A DNA stretch of 12,781 nucleotides, taken from NCBI GenBank assembly GCA_016839785.1, contig JAEOTQ010000193.1:1-12781 (forward strand), in the 5' to 3' direction. The position numbers and the translations under genes were made by a program. Under the pieces are notes generated by a model, which was not told the origin of the DNA, ran no database searches, and was given only the letters and a program-made list of their open reading frames with translations. Positions 1 through 8,010 of the stretch are shown here, piece by piece (the first letter of the stretch is position 1; every line of letters begins with the position of its first letter). Source of the DNA: Candidatus Hodarchaeota archaeon. GTDB lineage: Archaea; Asgardarchaeota; Heimdallarchaeia; Hodarchaeales; Hodarchaeaceae.

Positions 1-145
1 AAGCTAATTCTTTCATATCCATTTCTTTGAGTAAGTGACGTATACTATCCCGAACTGCCTCACTTTTAGATGAATACAGACCAGATTTGACGAGTAATTC
101 CAAGCGTTCATCTAGGATCCCTTTAATCTCTACCGTTGTTGTCAT
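1..145 (-). CDS. Ribbon-helix-helix (CopG/Arc/MetJ-type) DNA-binding protein, possible antitoxin; partial, runs off the left edge
   Basis: Manual translation from ATG at 145: MTTTVEIKGILDERLELLVKSGLYSSKSEAVRDSIRHLLKEMDMKELA, open to the window edge. It has an alternating N-terminal beta-strand followed by the LVxxGxYxSxSEAVRDxIR RHH signature. Not in the ORF track. Confidence 0.88.
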   Translation of the reverse strand, partial: MTTTVEIKGILDERLELLVKSGLYSSKSEAVRDSIRHLLKEMDMKELA

Positions 146-163
146 ACTTTTTCACTAGTTTTG

Positions 164-197
164 ATTACTTGGAGAAATATAAGTTTTTCCAAGTAAT
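164..197 (-). promoter_or_regulatory. Promoter/operator of the RHH gene: inverted repeat centred on a TATA box
   Basis: ATTACTTGGA (164-173) and TCCAAGTAAT (188-197) are a perfect 10-bp inverted repeat, 13/14 when extended inward. The 6-bp centre reads CTTATA on the minus strand, preceded by purine-rich GGAAAAA (BRE-like), about 32 nt before the ATG. Confidence 0.7.
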
Positions 198-332
198 TCA
201 GAATTCAGGAATTCTTTCTAATGGTTAAATCTCCCAAAAAAAGGCTCAGTTCAGCGTCAGTGTGACTATATTAACGTCGCGAAATCTGTTATAGAAGTTT
301 GTATCCAAGGTTCATCATTGCAGAGAGCCAAT

Positions 333-3300
333 TCATGGTTTAAACTTTTTTCTTAAAGTTACCATTGAAATCGTGACTAAAATAATTAAAATAGACCAGT
401 TTGTCGTACTAGATGTAGTAGTTGTTGTGGTAGTTGTTGTAGTAGTTGTTGTGGTAGTTGTTGTAGTAGTTTGGGGGGGGGTGGTATCAGGGCCAGTAAT
501 TTCGAATTTCTTCAATCCTTGAACTATAAATGAATCAATTGTACCTGATGAGGGATCGTGCCCTTCAGTGTTCGTAAATATTAGCCTCTTTAGTATACCC
601 GAATTAGCGTTATATGTTAGGTTGAACACATGATCCTCAATAGCAAGTATTGATTCCCAAGTATCATCATGGGTTACAATAGAGGCATGAATTTCATTTT
701 TACCAGGAATGGCTGATTGACCAGTGTCATATAAGGTGGGATCACCGTGGATAAATAGATTCCACTCCTCTTTACTTTCTGTTGGGCCTCCTTCCCTTAC
801 AAGTGGTCCATTAACCAAATAGAAATTATTGTAGAAAAACCGTTCAGCTGCACGAATTCCAGACTCGTAGTTACCAAAGCCATCAGTTGTCACTAAAGGG
901 AAAATAAACCAGCCAAATTGCTGAGCGTGAGCAGGGTCGAGAGTTTTACCCCCTATGGAAACAGAAATTGGGTAAGAGATCGGCCCAGCTAATCCTACAG
1001 ACTCATCAGTAGCAGGATCAGAATTCCAAGTAATCCTTATAATATCAGCCTCATGGAGGCTCACATTCGCTGCTTCCCAGAACCAAGAGGCTGTACCCGT
1101 TTGATCCTCAATGGAAGTAATTTTGAATTCCAGCGTAGTCCCCTTTTTTACATTGGAATACCATTGTTGAGGCTCCTCTGAAACCCATTCTGGCGGAGAG
1201 CGAGGTTCCCATTGGCGCCAGATGGTTACATCATATCCCTCTGATTCCAACCAATCTAACGCTAATTGACGATCGTACGCATCCCACGCTGTAGTTGCAT
1301 CTGCCTCTAGGTATGAAGAATTACTAGCCATTATCATCTGTTTGTTAGAGAGCATTTCAGTTGCAGGTAGGACAGCCCATGAATTTAATGGTATGGGTGT
1401 ATGTACCACGGTTCCTAATCCGTTTTCTAGCTTATTGATTATCTCCAGACGAGGGATAACGTGGGAAATCGCGTGTCTTACCCCTTTTCGGTTAAAGGGT
1501 CTATCATTGACTCCAAGTTGAGTAGTAGTTGTAAATTTAGGGTTTACAGATAATGATTGCCAATTTGACTTTGGATCATAACCAATTTGAATAGTACTCT
1601 CCGTTTTAAAGCTAGAATATTCCGAGGCCAACATATATTTCTGATAATCCAATATATTGACATTTCCTGCTTTCAATTCCTCAATTGCATTATCCAAAGG
1701 CATTACGATAATTTCAACTGTTTGTAATGTATTATTCAATTTTCTATCTTTAATAAAAAAATGGTCATTTGAATCATTAGCAACCCATTTCCTACTGGAA
1801 TGATCCCATTGAATATTAGCAAACTTCTCTAAAGAAATTCGACCAGTTGAAGAATTATATTCCTTAAATATCATGGATCCACACCCAATAGGCCCATTCA
1901 GCCCGCCTGGATCTGAAGAATTGCCAGAATTATACGAATGGTTATCCCATTCATTCGGTGGAACCAACCAGTTTTTTGTGGCATTGAAGTCACCACTTAT
2001 ATTAAAACCATGGTTTGATGGGTCACCAAGAATATGTTCGGGGAATAGATGAAAACCTAGATAGCGAGTCTCGAAATCAACAGATTGATTGTCCAGATGA
2101 AAAGTCATTGATTCATAAAATCCATCTGCATCCATATCTTCAACAACAAATGCGTATAGGCCACTTTGCTTGACCTTATCATCCGCACCAAAGATAGCTC
2201 GTACATTCTTTGAGAAGAGATGAGGTATATCGGGAAGAAGTAACGCTTGATATGAAAATGCTACATCCCACGCGTCCAAGCGCTGACCATCATGCCAATA
2301 AACATCATCACGAATAGTGATACGATACTGAAGACCATCGCCGGAATAAGATCCTAACGAATTTGCTACACGGGGATATAATTTGAATGATTCAGTGGTG
2401 TTATAATTTGATAACATCCAAGAATCACGATCTATCTCTGGTGGAAGAAGCAATTGTTTAGAGGGAGTTTTCCCTACTAACACGTCCATTACTGGTGCTG
2501 CTACTGAATCGATAAAAAACTTATTGTAATTTTCTAAGAGGGTGTTAAAGTTTTCAAATGTTAAGTTAGTTGCGAAAACGACGTGGTCTTCTGATCCAGT
2601 ATAAGAAGAATCAGTCCAAAGACTTTCCAACCAAGATGAGGAGGAAATTGTCGACCACGCTATTGGGGATGCATATAAAGCAGGATCAAAACCGTAAAGC
2701 CCCGTAGATACTGGATAAAGGTTATGATAAGGCGTGTAAATTAGTACATTCGGTAATACATCATACCAGAGTTTTTGCCACTCGTACATAGATTCTCTGT
2801 AATCGTTAAGGTCCAATTCTGTATTAATCTGCTGAATAAACGTCTCAGATTCGCTGGCGCCATAGGTGAGATAATCTGTTGATTTAGAAGACCAATACAT
2901 TATGTTCATACCTGGAAATGGGGGTATACCCCCAAAATACCGCTGCAAAAAAAACCCACGATGATCACCATGCCATCCCCACCCATAACCTGCAAACAGT
3001 ATGTCATAGCCATTGTCACTCCATTGACCTGTCTCTTGGGTCCATAACCGCGGTTCCACACTATTCCAGCTTGCAATATTAACATCACATGAAATTCCAA
3101 TACTTTCTAACTCTCTGGCTACCCGATGGGCATATTGCATACGAACTGGATTTATTGGATCACCTGTAGGTACTAAAATCTGAGTATGAAATAGAGGTTC
3201 TGAAGAGTTTTGATCCGATGAAAGAATTTCACTCCTGGTATTCAACTCTCCAGGAGTTATGATATAAAACATTAAGACGAAGAATAGAGTAACCTTTAAG

Positions 3301-3341
3301 CTTACTTTATTTTTTTTGGTTTTACCCTTCTCATGAGACAT
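333..3341 (-). CDS. ABC transporter substrate-binding protein, family 5 (OppA/DppA-like), circularly permuted, with an extra C-terminal domain, Thr-rich linker and C-terminal membrane anchor
   Basis: Family-5 motifs DGLQYRITIRDDVYWHDGQRLDAWDVAFSY, PIGCGS, LKAGNVNIL, PFNRKGVRHAISHVIPR, YDRQLALDWLESEGY, ELESIGISCDV. Basic + hydrophobic N-terminal signal; C-terminal poly-Thr + hydrophobic helix + RKKFKP. SD-like GTGAGG upstream of the ATG. Confidence 0.88.
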   Translation of the reverse strand: MSHEKGKTKKNKVSLKVTLFFVLMFYIITPGELNTRSEILSSDQNSSEPLFHTQILVPTGDPINPVRMQYAHRVARELESIGISCDVNIASWNSVEPRLWTQETGQWSDNGYDILFAGYGWGWHGDHRGFFLQRYFGGIPPFPGMNIMYWSSKSTDYLTYGASESETFIQQINTELDLNDYRESMYEWQKLWYDVLPNVLIYTPYHNLYPVSTGLYGFDPALYASPIAWSTISSSSWLESLWTDSSYTGSEDHVVFATNLTFENFNTLLENYNKFFIDSVAAPVMDVLVGKTPSKQLLLPPEIDRDSWMLSNYNTTESFKLYPRVANSLGSYSGDGLQYRITIRDDVYWHDGQRLDAWDVAFSYQALLLPDIPHLFSKNVRAIFGADDKVKQSGLYAFVVEDMDADGFYESMTFHLDNQSVDFETRYLGFHLFPEHILGDPSNHGFNISGDFNATKNWLVPPNEWDNHSYNSGNSSDPGGLNGPIGCGSMIFKEYNSSTGRISLEKFANIQWDHSSRKWVANDSNDHFFIKDRKLNNTLQTVEIIVMPLDNAIEELKAGNVNILDYQKYMLASEYSSFKTESTIQIGYDPKSNWQSLSVNPKFTTTTQLGVNDRPFNRKGVRHAISHVIPRLEIINKLENGLGTVVHTPIPLNSWAVLPATEMLSNKQMIMASNSSYLEADATTAWDAYDRQLALDWLESEGYDVTIWRQWEPRSPPEWVSEEPQQWYSNVKKGTTLEFKITSIEDQTGTASWFWEAANVSLHEADIIRITWNSDPATDESVGLAGPISYPISVSIGGKTLDPAHAQQFGWFIFPLVTTDGFGNYESGIRAAERFFYNNFYLVNGPLVREGGPTESKEEWNLFIHGDPTLYDTGQSAIPGKNEIHASIVTHDDTWESILAIEDHVFNLTYNANSGILKRLIFTNTEGHDPSSGTIDSFIVQGLKKFEITGPDTTPPQTTTTTTTTTTTTTTTTTTTSSTTNWSILIILVTISMVTLRKKFKP
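414..471. repeat. 24-bp tandem repeat (~2.4 copies) encoding the poly-Thr linker
   Basis: TGTAGTAGTTGTTGTGGTAGTTGT occurs exactly at 414-437 and 438-461, with a partial copy at 462-471. A G9 run follows at 473-481. Confidence 0.9.
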
Positions 3342-3371
3342 TCAATCCCTCACAAGGTTATTGAATATGAT

Positions 3372-3396
3372 ATTGTAATTACAATTCTATATAAAA
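3372..3396. promoter_or_regulatory. Divergent promoter region: TATA box plus adjacent 14-bp palindrome
   Basis: Perfect palindrome ATTGTAATTACAAT (3372-3385) next to TATATAAAA (3388-3396; TTTTATATA on the minus strand), about 47 nt upstream of the SBP start and between two divergent genes. Confidence 0.55.
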
Positions 3397-3479
3397 TTAT
3401 CGTACCCTATAACACTCTAAGAAGATATATGGAGGAATTCCCTCTCATACTCATTTTAGCAGGATTGGGGATAAAAAAA

Positions 3480-6077
3480 GTGGTTGATTTAAGAGTTTGG
3501 GCTCCTAGTTTTATTGTGGGAGTTATTTTGCTAATTTTGATAGCAAGGTTCACCATCAGCGTTGAAATCAGCTCTGTTGAACTAATTTCTGGTTCTCCTA
3601 CATATTACTCATATCATCAATCTACCCCTTATGAGCCAGTAGAGCTGTGGAATTTTACAATGAAAAGTGGAGCGACTTATCCTGGATTAACTGGGAGCGC
3701 TATTACAAGCGATATAGATAAAGACGGAAAATTGGAAGTGGTTTTTGGGGGAGCGGATGGTTGGGTTTATGCATTAAATGCTGAGAATGGAAATCAATTG
3801 TGGGCTAACCCTGTTACTGATTGGATTCTCTCTACTTCTGTTGTAATAGGTGATGTCGATAATGACTCAATATTAGAAGTTTTCACTGGTTCTCATATGG
3901 GTACGATGTATGCATTAAATGCTCAAAGTGGAAATCTTCTGTGGACTTTTCCAACAGGGAGTTTAACAATTCAATCAACCCCTGCTCTTGGTAATATTGA
4001 CACTGACTCAGAATTAGAACTGGTCTTCGGTGCTTTTAACCATAAAATCTATGCTTTAAACGCTGAAGATGGGTCCCTCTTATGGAATTATACAACAGAG
4101 GGAGCAGTGCAATCATCCCCAGCTTTAGGAGATATTAATAACGATAACCAACTTGAAGTGGTCATTGGTAGCTCAGATCATAAAGTCTATGCACTAGATG
4201 GCGAGAGTGGGACTGTATTGTGGGCAACTGAAACTGGTGGATCTGTTATCTCTTCCCCAGCCCTGGCTCATGTGAATAATGATTCATATCTAGATGTGAT
4301 TGTTGGAAGCGATGATGGAGGTATATATACTTTCAATGGTTTAAACGGGAAAATTCTTTGGAAATACAGCACTGGGAATGCTATACGATCCTCTCCCGCC
4401 TTGGGGGATATCAATTATGATAACAAGCTTGATATTATAATAGGGAGTATGGATTATTACATTTATGCTTTAACGGCTGAAGATGGCCAACTCCTTTGGA
4501 AAACTCCAGCAGGTAATATAATCACATCCTCAGCTACTTTAGCTGATGTTAATAATGATATGAAACTAGATGTGGTTATTGGGTGTTACTCTGGGGTATT
4601 ATTAGCTCTTAATGGGGAGGATGGGAAGTTATTGTGGAGTTATCAAATTAATGGGGAAATCTGGGGGTCACCTACTGTTGGAGATCTAGATGATGATTCC
4701 AAAATTGAGATTTTCATTGGTGGTTATGAAGATCCTAATGTATATGCACTGGATATTGAAACAGCCGGGTCTCGTCTTTATTGGGAAGGAATGGCAGGAA
4801 GTAGCTTTTATAATCGCACAAAAAACTATCACGAAATAGATCCAGATAGGGATTTTCTATCAACATATTCAGAGCTTATTCTAGGTACAAATCCTTATAA
4901 CCATGATAGTGATAATGATCAAATGCTGGATGGCTGGGAGGTAAGCCTTGGTCTTGATCCCTCCATTAATGACGCTTCGTTTGATCCTGACAAGGATACT
5001 TTGACAAATATTGAAGAACATCTTTATACGACTGATCCAAATAATCCCGATAGCGATGGTGACTTTTTAAGGGATAATATCGAAATTATTCATGGTCTTA
5101 ATCCTAGAAATTCAACAGATGCAAGTATTGATCCTGATCAAGATGGTCTAAGGAATTTTGATGAAATTTTTTGGTATCATACTGACTGGAAAGATAATGA
5201 CTCTGATAATGATGGATTAACTGATGGTGACGAAGTTAAAGAACCTTATACTGATCCACTAGATCCTGACTCCGATACTGATTACATGCCTGACGGCTGG
5301 GAGGTATATTATGGACTTGATCCTACAGTGTATAATTCAGATTCCGATGATTATGATAATGATAATTTAATTGATCGTAATGAATACTTCAAAGGAACAG
5401 AGCCAAATAATAGTGATACTGACGAGGATGGGATCACTGATGGTGAAGAGGTTTATATTTATAATACTGATCCGCTAACCAACGATTCAGATAACGACAC
5501 AATGTATGATGGTTGGGAAGTCAATAATTCTTTGAATCCTAGGGATCCAACTGATGCGGAGTTAGATAATGATAGTGATGGACTGACAAATCTAGAAGAG
5601 CAATATTTTCTGATACACCTAGGGTGGATGTTAGATCCTTTAAACCCTGATTCTGATAATGATTCTCTGAAAGATGGTGATGAGATAGATTTTAATACTA
5701 ATCCAACAGACCCTGATACGGATAATGATGGGATCTTGGATGGAAAAGAAATAGATTTTAGACTTGATCCGACTGATCCTGATATGGATAATGATGGGGA
5801 TTTAGATGGCACTGAATTTGGACAATTACTGCTAGATCCAAGAAATCCTTGGTTGAATACTAAAACGAGGCTAGTGATCCTAGTAGGAATTCCTATAGTA
5901 ATTAGTTTAGGAATGGTAATTAATTTCTGGTATCTCCCAAAACGGAAGATGATCCGTGAAAAGTTGAGCCAATGGTGGATGAAACATATGTGGGGGATCC
6001 GTTATAGCGAAGAAGAAATTGCAGATTATGCGAAAGAAGCAACTAAAATTCTCCAAGAAGAAGAAGTAAAAAAATAG
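3480..6077 (+). CDS. Single-pass surface protein: FG-GAP/PQQ-like beta-propeller + thrombospondin type-3-like Ca-binding repeats + TM helix + cytoplasmic tail
   Basis: Eight ~46-aa repeats of SSPALGDINxDxxLEVVIGSxDxxVYALxxxxGxxLW, 14 DxDxDxxxxxxE repeats, TM LVILVGIPIVISLGMVINFWYL followed by PKRK. The ORF-track start (3333) overlaps the divergent gene. GTG 3480 (after GGGGAT, directly before a signal-like hydrophobic stretch) is preferred; ATG 3429 is the alternative. Confidence 0.88.
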   Translation: MVDLRVWAPSFIVGVILLILIARFTISVEISSVELISGSPTYYSYHQSTPYEPVELWNFTMKSGATYPGLTGSAITSDIDKDGKLEVVFGGADGWVYALNAENGNQLWANPVTDWILSTSVVIGDVDNDSILEVFTGSHMGTMYALNAQSGNLLWTFPTGSLTIQSTPALGNIDTDSELELVFGAFNHKIYALNAEDGSLLWNYTTEGAVQSSPALGDINNDNQLEVVIGSSDHKVYALDGESGTVLWATETGGSVISSPALAHVNNDSYLDVIVGSDDGGIYTFNGLNGKILWKYSTGNAIRSSPALGDINYDNKLDIIIGSMDYYIYALTAEDGQLLWKTPAGNIITSSATLADVNNDMKLDVVIGCYSGVLLALNGEDGKLLWSYQINGEIWGSPTVGDLDDDSKIEIFIGGYEDPNVYALDIETAGSRLYWEGMAGSSFYNRTKNYHEIDPDRDFLSTYSELILGTNPYNHDSDNDQMLDGWEVSLGLDPSINDASFDPDKDTLTNIEEHLYTTDPNNPDSDGDFLRDNIEIIHGLNPRNSTDASIDPDQDGLRNFDEIFWYHTDWKDNDSDNDGLTDGDEVKEPYTDPLDPDSDTDYMPDGWEVYYGLDPTVYNSDSDDYDNDNLIDRNEYFKGTEPNNSDTDEDGITDGEEVYIYNTDPLTNDSDNDTMYDGWEVNNSLNPRDPTDAELDNDSDGLTNLEEQYFLIHLGWMLDPLNPDSDNDSLKDGDEIDFNTNPTDPDTDNDGILDGKEIDFRLDPTDPDMDNDGDLDGTEFGQLLLDPRNPWLNTKTRLVILVGIPIVISLGMVINFWYLPKRKMIREKLSQWWMKHMWGIRYSEEEIADYAKEATKILQEEEVKK
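3636..4760 (+). repeat. Eight-blade FG-GAP/PQQ hybrid propeller repeats (protein level)
   Basis: Ca-loop variants DIDKDG, DVDNDS, NIDTDS, DINNDN, HVNNDS, DINYDN, DVNNDM, DLDDDS. Seven blades end in GxxLW; the N-terminal PVELW probably closes the eighth. Confidence 0.85.
4839..5816 (+). repeat. 14 acidic TSP3-like repeats (protein level)
   Basis: Run from DPDRDFLSTYSE to DMDNDGDLDGTE, usually separated by xxxxx[DN]Pxxx linkers, with a period of roughly 22-28 aa. Confidence 0.85.
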
Positions 6078-6243
6078 AAAAATGATTCATGTTATAAAAA
6101 ATGCGTCATGCTTCTGATAACTCCGAATATTTATAAGGAAAAAGAATTCTTACTATATTTAGTCTGAATTAATCCAATATAGGTACCAAACCAAAAATAT
6201 CTAACAAGTATCCATCTTAGATTTTTTAATACGTTGTGTAGAT

Positions 6244-7431
6244 ATGATTGAATCACCTTCTCCCATTCAAGACATATTTTCAATTGAGCCTTTATTTCTA
6301 GATATATTCAGGGATATCAACGAACAACATGCACGTATTCTCGCAATGATGTTTAAAATAGGAGGATATACCACACTAAATATCCTTACACAGCTTGTAG
6401 ATATAGCTCAACCAACAGTGAGTGTTCGTGTGCAGGAATTAGTAGATAAAGGATTTTTACGGAAAAATCCTGAGCTCATGCCAATTATCTTGGTTCTATC
6501 AATTTCTATGGAAGATATAAAACATGCATTAGATGAAAGAATGCGTGTACAACGAAATGCTATCGAATTCCTTGAGCAAGCCTCCGTATTAAGTAATAAA
6601 CAGATTATCGAAGCGTTATTAATTCGAGCATTTGATGTCATTTTTCCCCATTCTCTCAAGTTAGCTAAACTACTTGCATTTGTTTATTTAGAGGAAAAAA
6701 TAACTCGTGATGAGCTTTATAATCTTGTACGAAAGTTGGAAAATAAAAGTAAAAAAGATAAGGGGTTTTCAGATAGAGTATTTGATTCCATTATAGATGC
6801 TCATAAAGATTGGTTTCAAATAATTCGTCAAAAGAATCAATTCTATATCAAATCCGTAATTCCTCTGGATGTATTTGCGAAAACTCGGTTAGAGTTTACT
6901 GAAATAAAAACAGCATATTATACTTCCCGTCTTTTGACTCAACTTGAGTCTTCTATGACTGTTGAATACGAATCAATCATTCCCCATCAAATATTGGAAT
7001 ATCCATCCGAAATCAAATTAAGATTAAAATCCTGTTTACGTCATTATAGAAACATTAAGATAATAGACAATGGAATTTGTAAGGGAAAGGAGGATGGAGA
7101 AAGTTTATTAAATTTAATTTTGAATCATAAGCGAGTATTTAGATCAAGTAAATCAGAAAAACAGAATAGTCAATTCAGGATTAATGTTCTCACAAGCCAG
7201 CAAATAAATATACCAGAAGTACCAACAAATGTCACAGTCAAACAGAAAATATTAAAAGGGGACATTTCTCCAGATTTCCATTTACGGGACTTTCTAATTT
7301 TTGATAAAAATGGATGCCTTGTCTATCCAAAAAATCCTCACCAACAACCTTATTACAATATATCACCACAATATGTTTCAACAATACTGAATTTTTTTAT
7401 GCAAAAATGGGACGAAAAAGATGTTATCTGA
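6244..7431 (+). CDS. TrmB/MarR-like winged-helix transcriptional regulator, apparently with two wHTH-helix units and a TrmB-like C-terminal domain
   Basis: wHTH TTLNILTQLVDIAQPTVSVRVQELVDKGFLRK followed by a long helix; second degenerate unit LAKLLAFVYLEEKITRDELYNLV; C-terminal alpha/beta region with FLIFDK...FFMQKW resembling TrmB effector domains. Overlaps the next gene by 11 nt. Confidence 0.7.
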   Translation: MIESPSPIQDIFSIEPLFLDIFRDINEQHARILAMMFKIGGYTTLNILTQLVDIAQPTVSVRVQELVDKGFLRKNPELMPIILVLSISMEDIKHALDERMRVQRNAIEFLEQASVLSNKQIIEALLIRAFDVIFPHSLKLAKLLAFVYLEEKITRDELYNLVRKLENKSKKDKGFSDRVFDSIIDAHKDWFQIIRQKNQFYIKSVIPLDVFAKTRLEFTEIKTAYYTSRLLTQLESSMTVEYESIIPHQILEYPSEIKLRLKSCLRHYRNIKIIDNGICKGKEDGESLLNLILNHKRVFRSSKSEKQNSQFRINVLTSQQINIPEVPTNVTVKQKILKGDISPDFHLRDFLIFDKNGCLVYPKNPHQQPYYNISPQYVSTILNFFMQKWDEKDVI

Positions 7432-7990
7432 ATTTTTACGACTTATTAGGGGATTTATTCTGTTTATTGGTCCAACAGAGGCAGGTAAAACAAGTATATT
7501 ACGGAGATTAGTCACAGGAGAGTTTTCTGATCACTCTCCTACCCTTGGATTTCGTGAAGAGCAAATTGCCAAAGTCAGGGTAATTGAGATCGGAGGACAA
7601 GAAGGATTCCGAAGCCTCTGGAATGACGCTCTAGAGAGTAATCCTGTTCATACATTTTTTGTTATCGATATCACCAGAGACGACAATTGGGAGGAATTTA
7701 GGAAATACAGGAAGAGGTTGTCACAGTTTACTCTGATTGCAAATAAAAATGATTTAAATAAAAAATCTCTTGATAGGCTTCCAGAATTTGATTCTGCACT
7801 AATAAGTAGTGCTAAAACAGGAGAAGGAATGCTTAGTATATTAGAATCTATTGCTAGTTTGAGAACCGATGCTGAAGTACCATCCGCTCCCACTTCTTCA
7901 ATCGTGAGTAAAGAACACAAATCTAGTTCTTCAGAAAATGAGAAAGATCTCGCAGAGTCGATTTTAAAAGAATATCAAGATAAATTTTAG
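7421..7990 (+). CDS. Small GTPase, Arf/Arl-like (Ras superfamily)
   Basis: G1 GPTEAGKT, G2 PTLG, G3 EIGGQ (D->E), Arf-like RSLW after switch II, G4 NKND, G5 SAK. Short N-terminal amphipathic segment; Ser-rich linker and acidic helix at the C-terminus. Confidence 0.92.
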   Translation: MLSEFLRLIRGFILFIGPTEAGKTSILRRLVTGEFSDHSPTLGFREEQIAKVRVIEIGGQEGFRSLWNDALESNPVHTFFVIDITRDDNWEEFRKYRKRLSQFTLIANKNDLNKKSLDRLPEFDSALISSAKTGEGMLSILESIASLRTDAEVPSAPTSSIVSKEHKSSSSENEKDLAESILKEYQDKF

Positions 7991-8010
7991 TTGAATTAAC
8001 TAAACTTTAA

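Noticed and set aside
2906-3100. 64-aa alternative-frame ORF
   Set aside because: Nested in the SBP gene with no recognisable motif.
3333-3479. N-terminal extension of the 914-aa ORF
   Set aside because: It overlaps the divergent gene's start and promoter elements; the signal peptide begins about 50 codons in.
5459-5812. 117-aa Ser-rich antisense ORF
   Set aside because: Shadow of the GAT-rich Asp repeats on the opposite strand.
6408-7920. Short ORFs 6408-6659, 7314-7511 and 7648-7920
   Set aside because: Fully overlap the well-supported HTH and GTPase genes.
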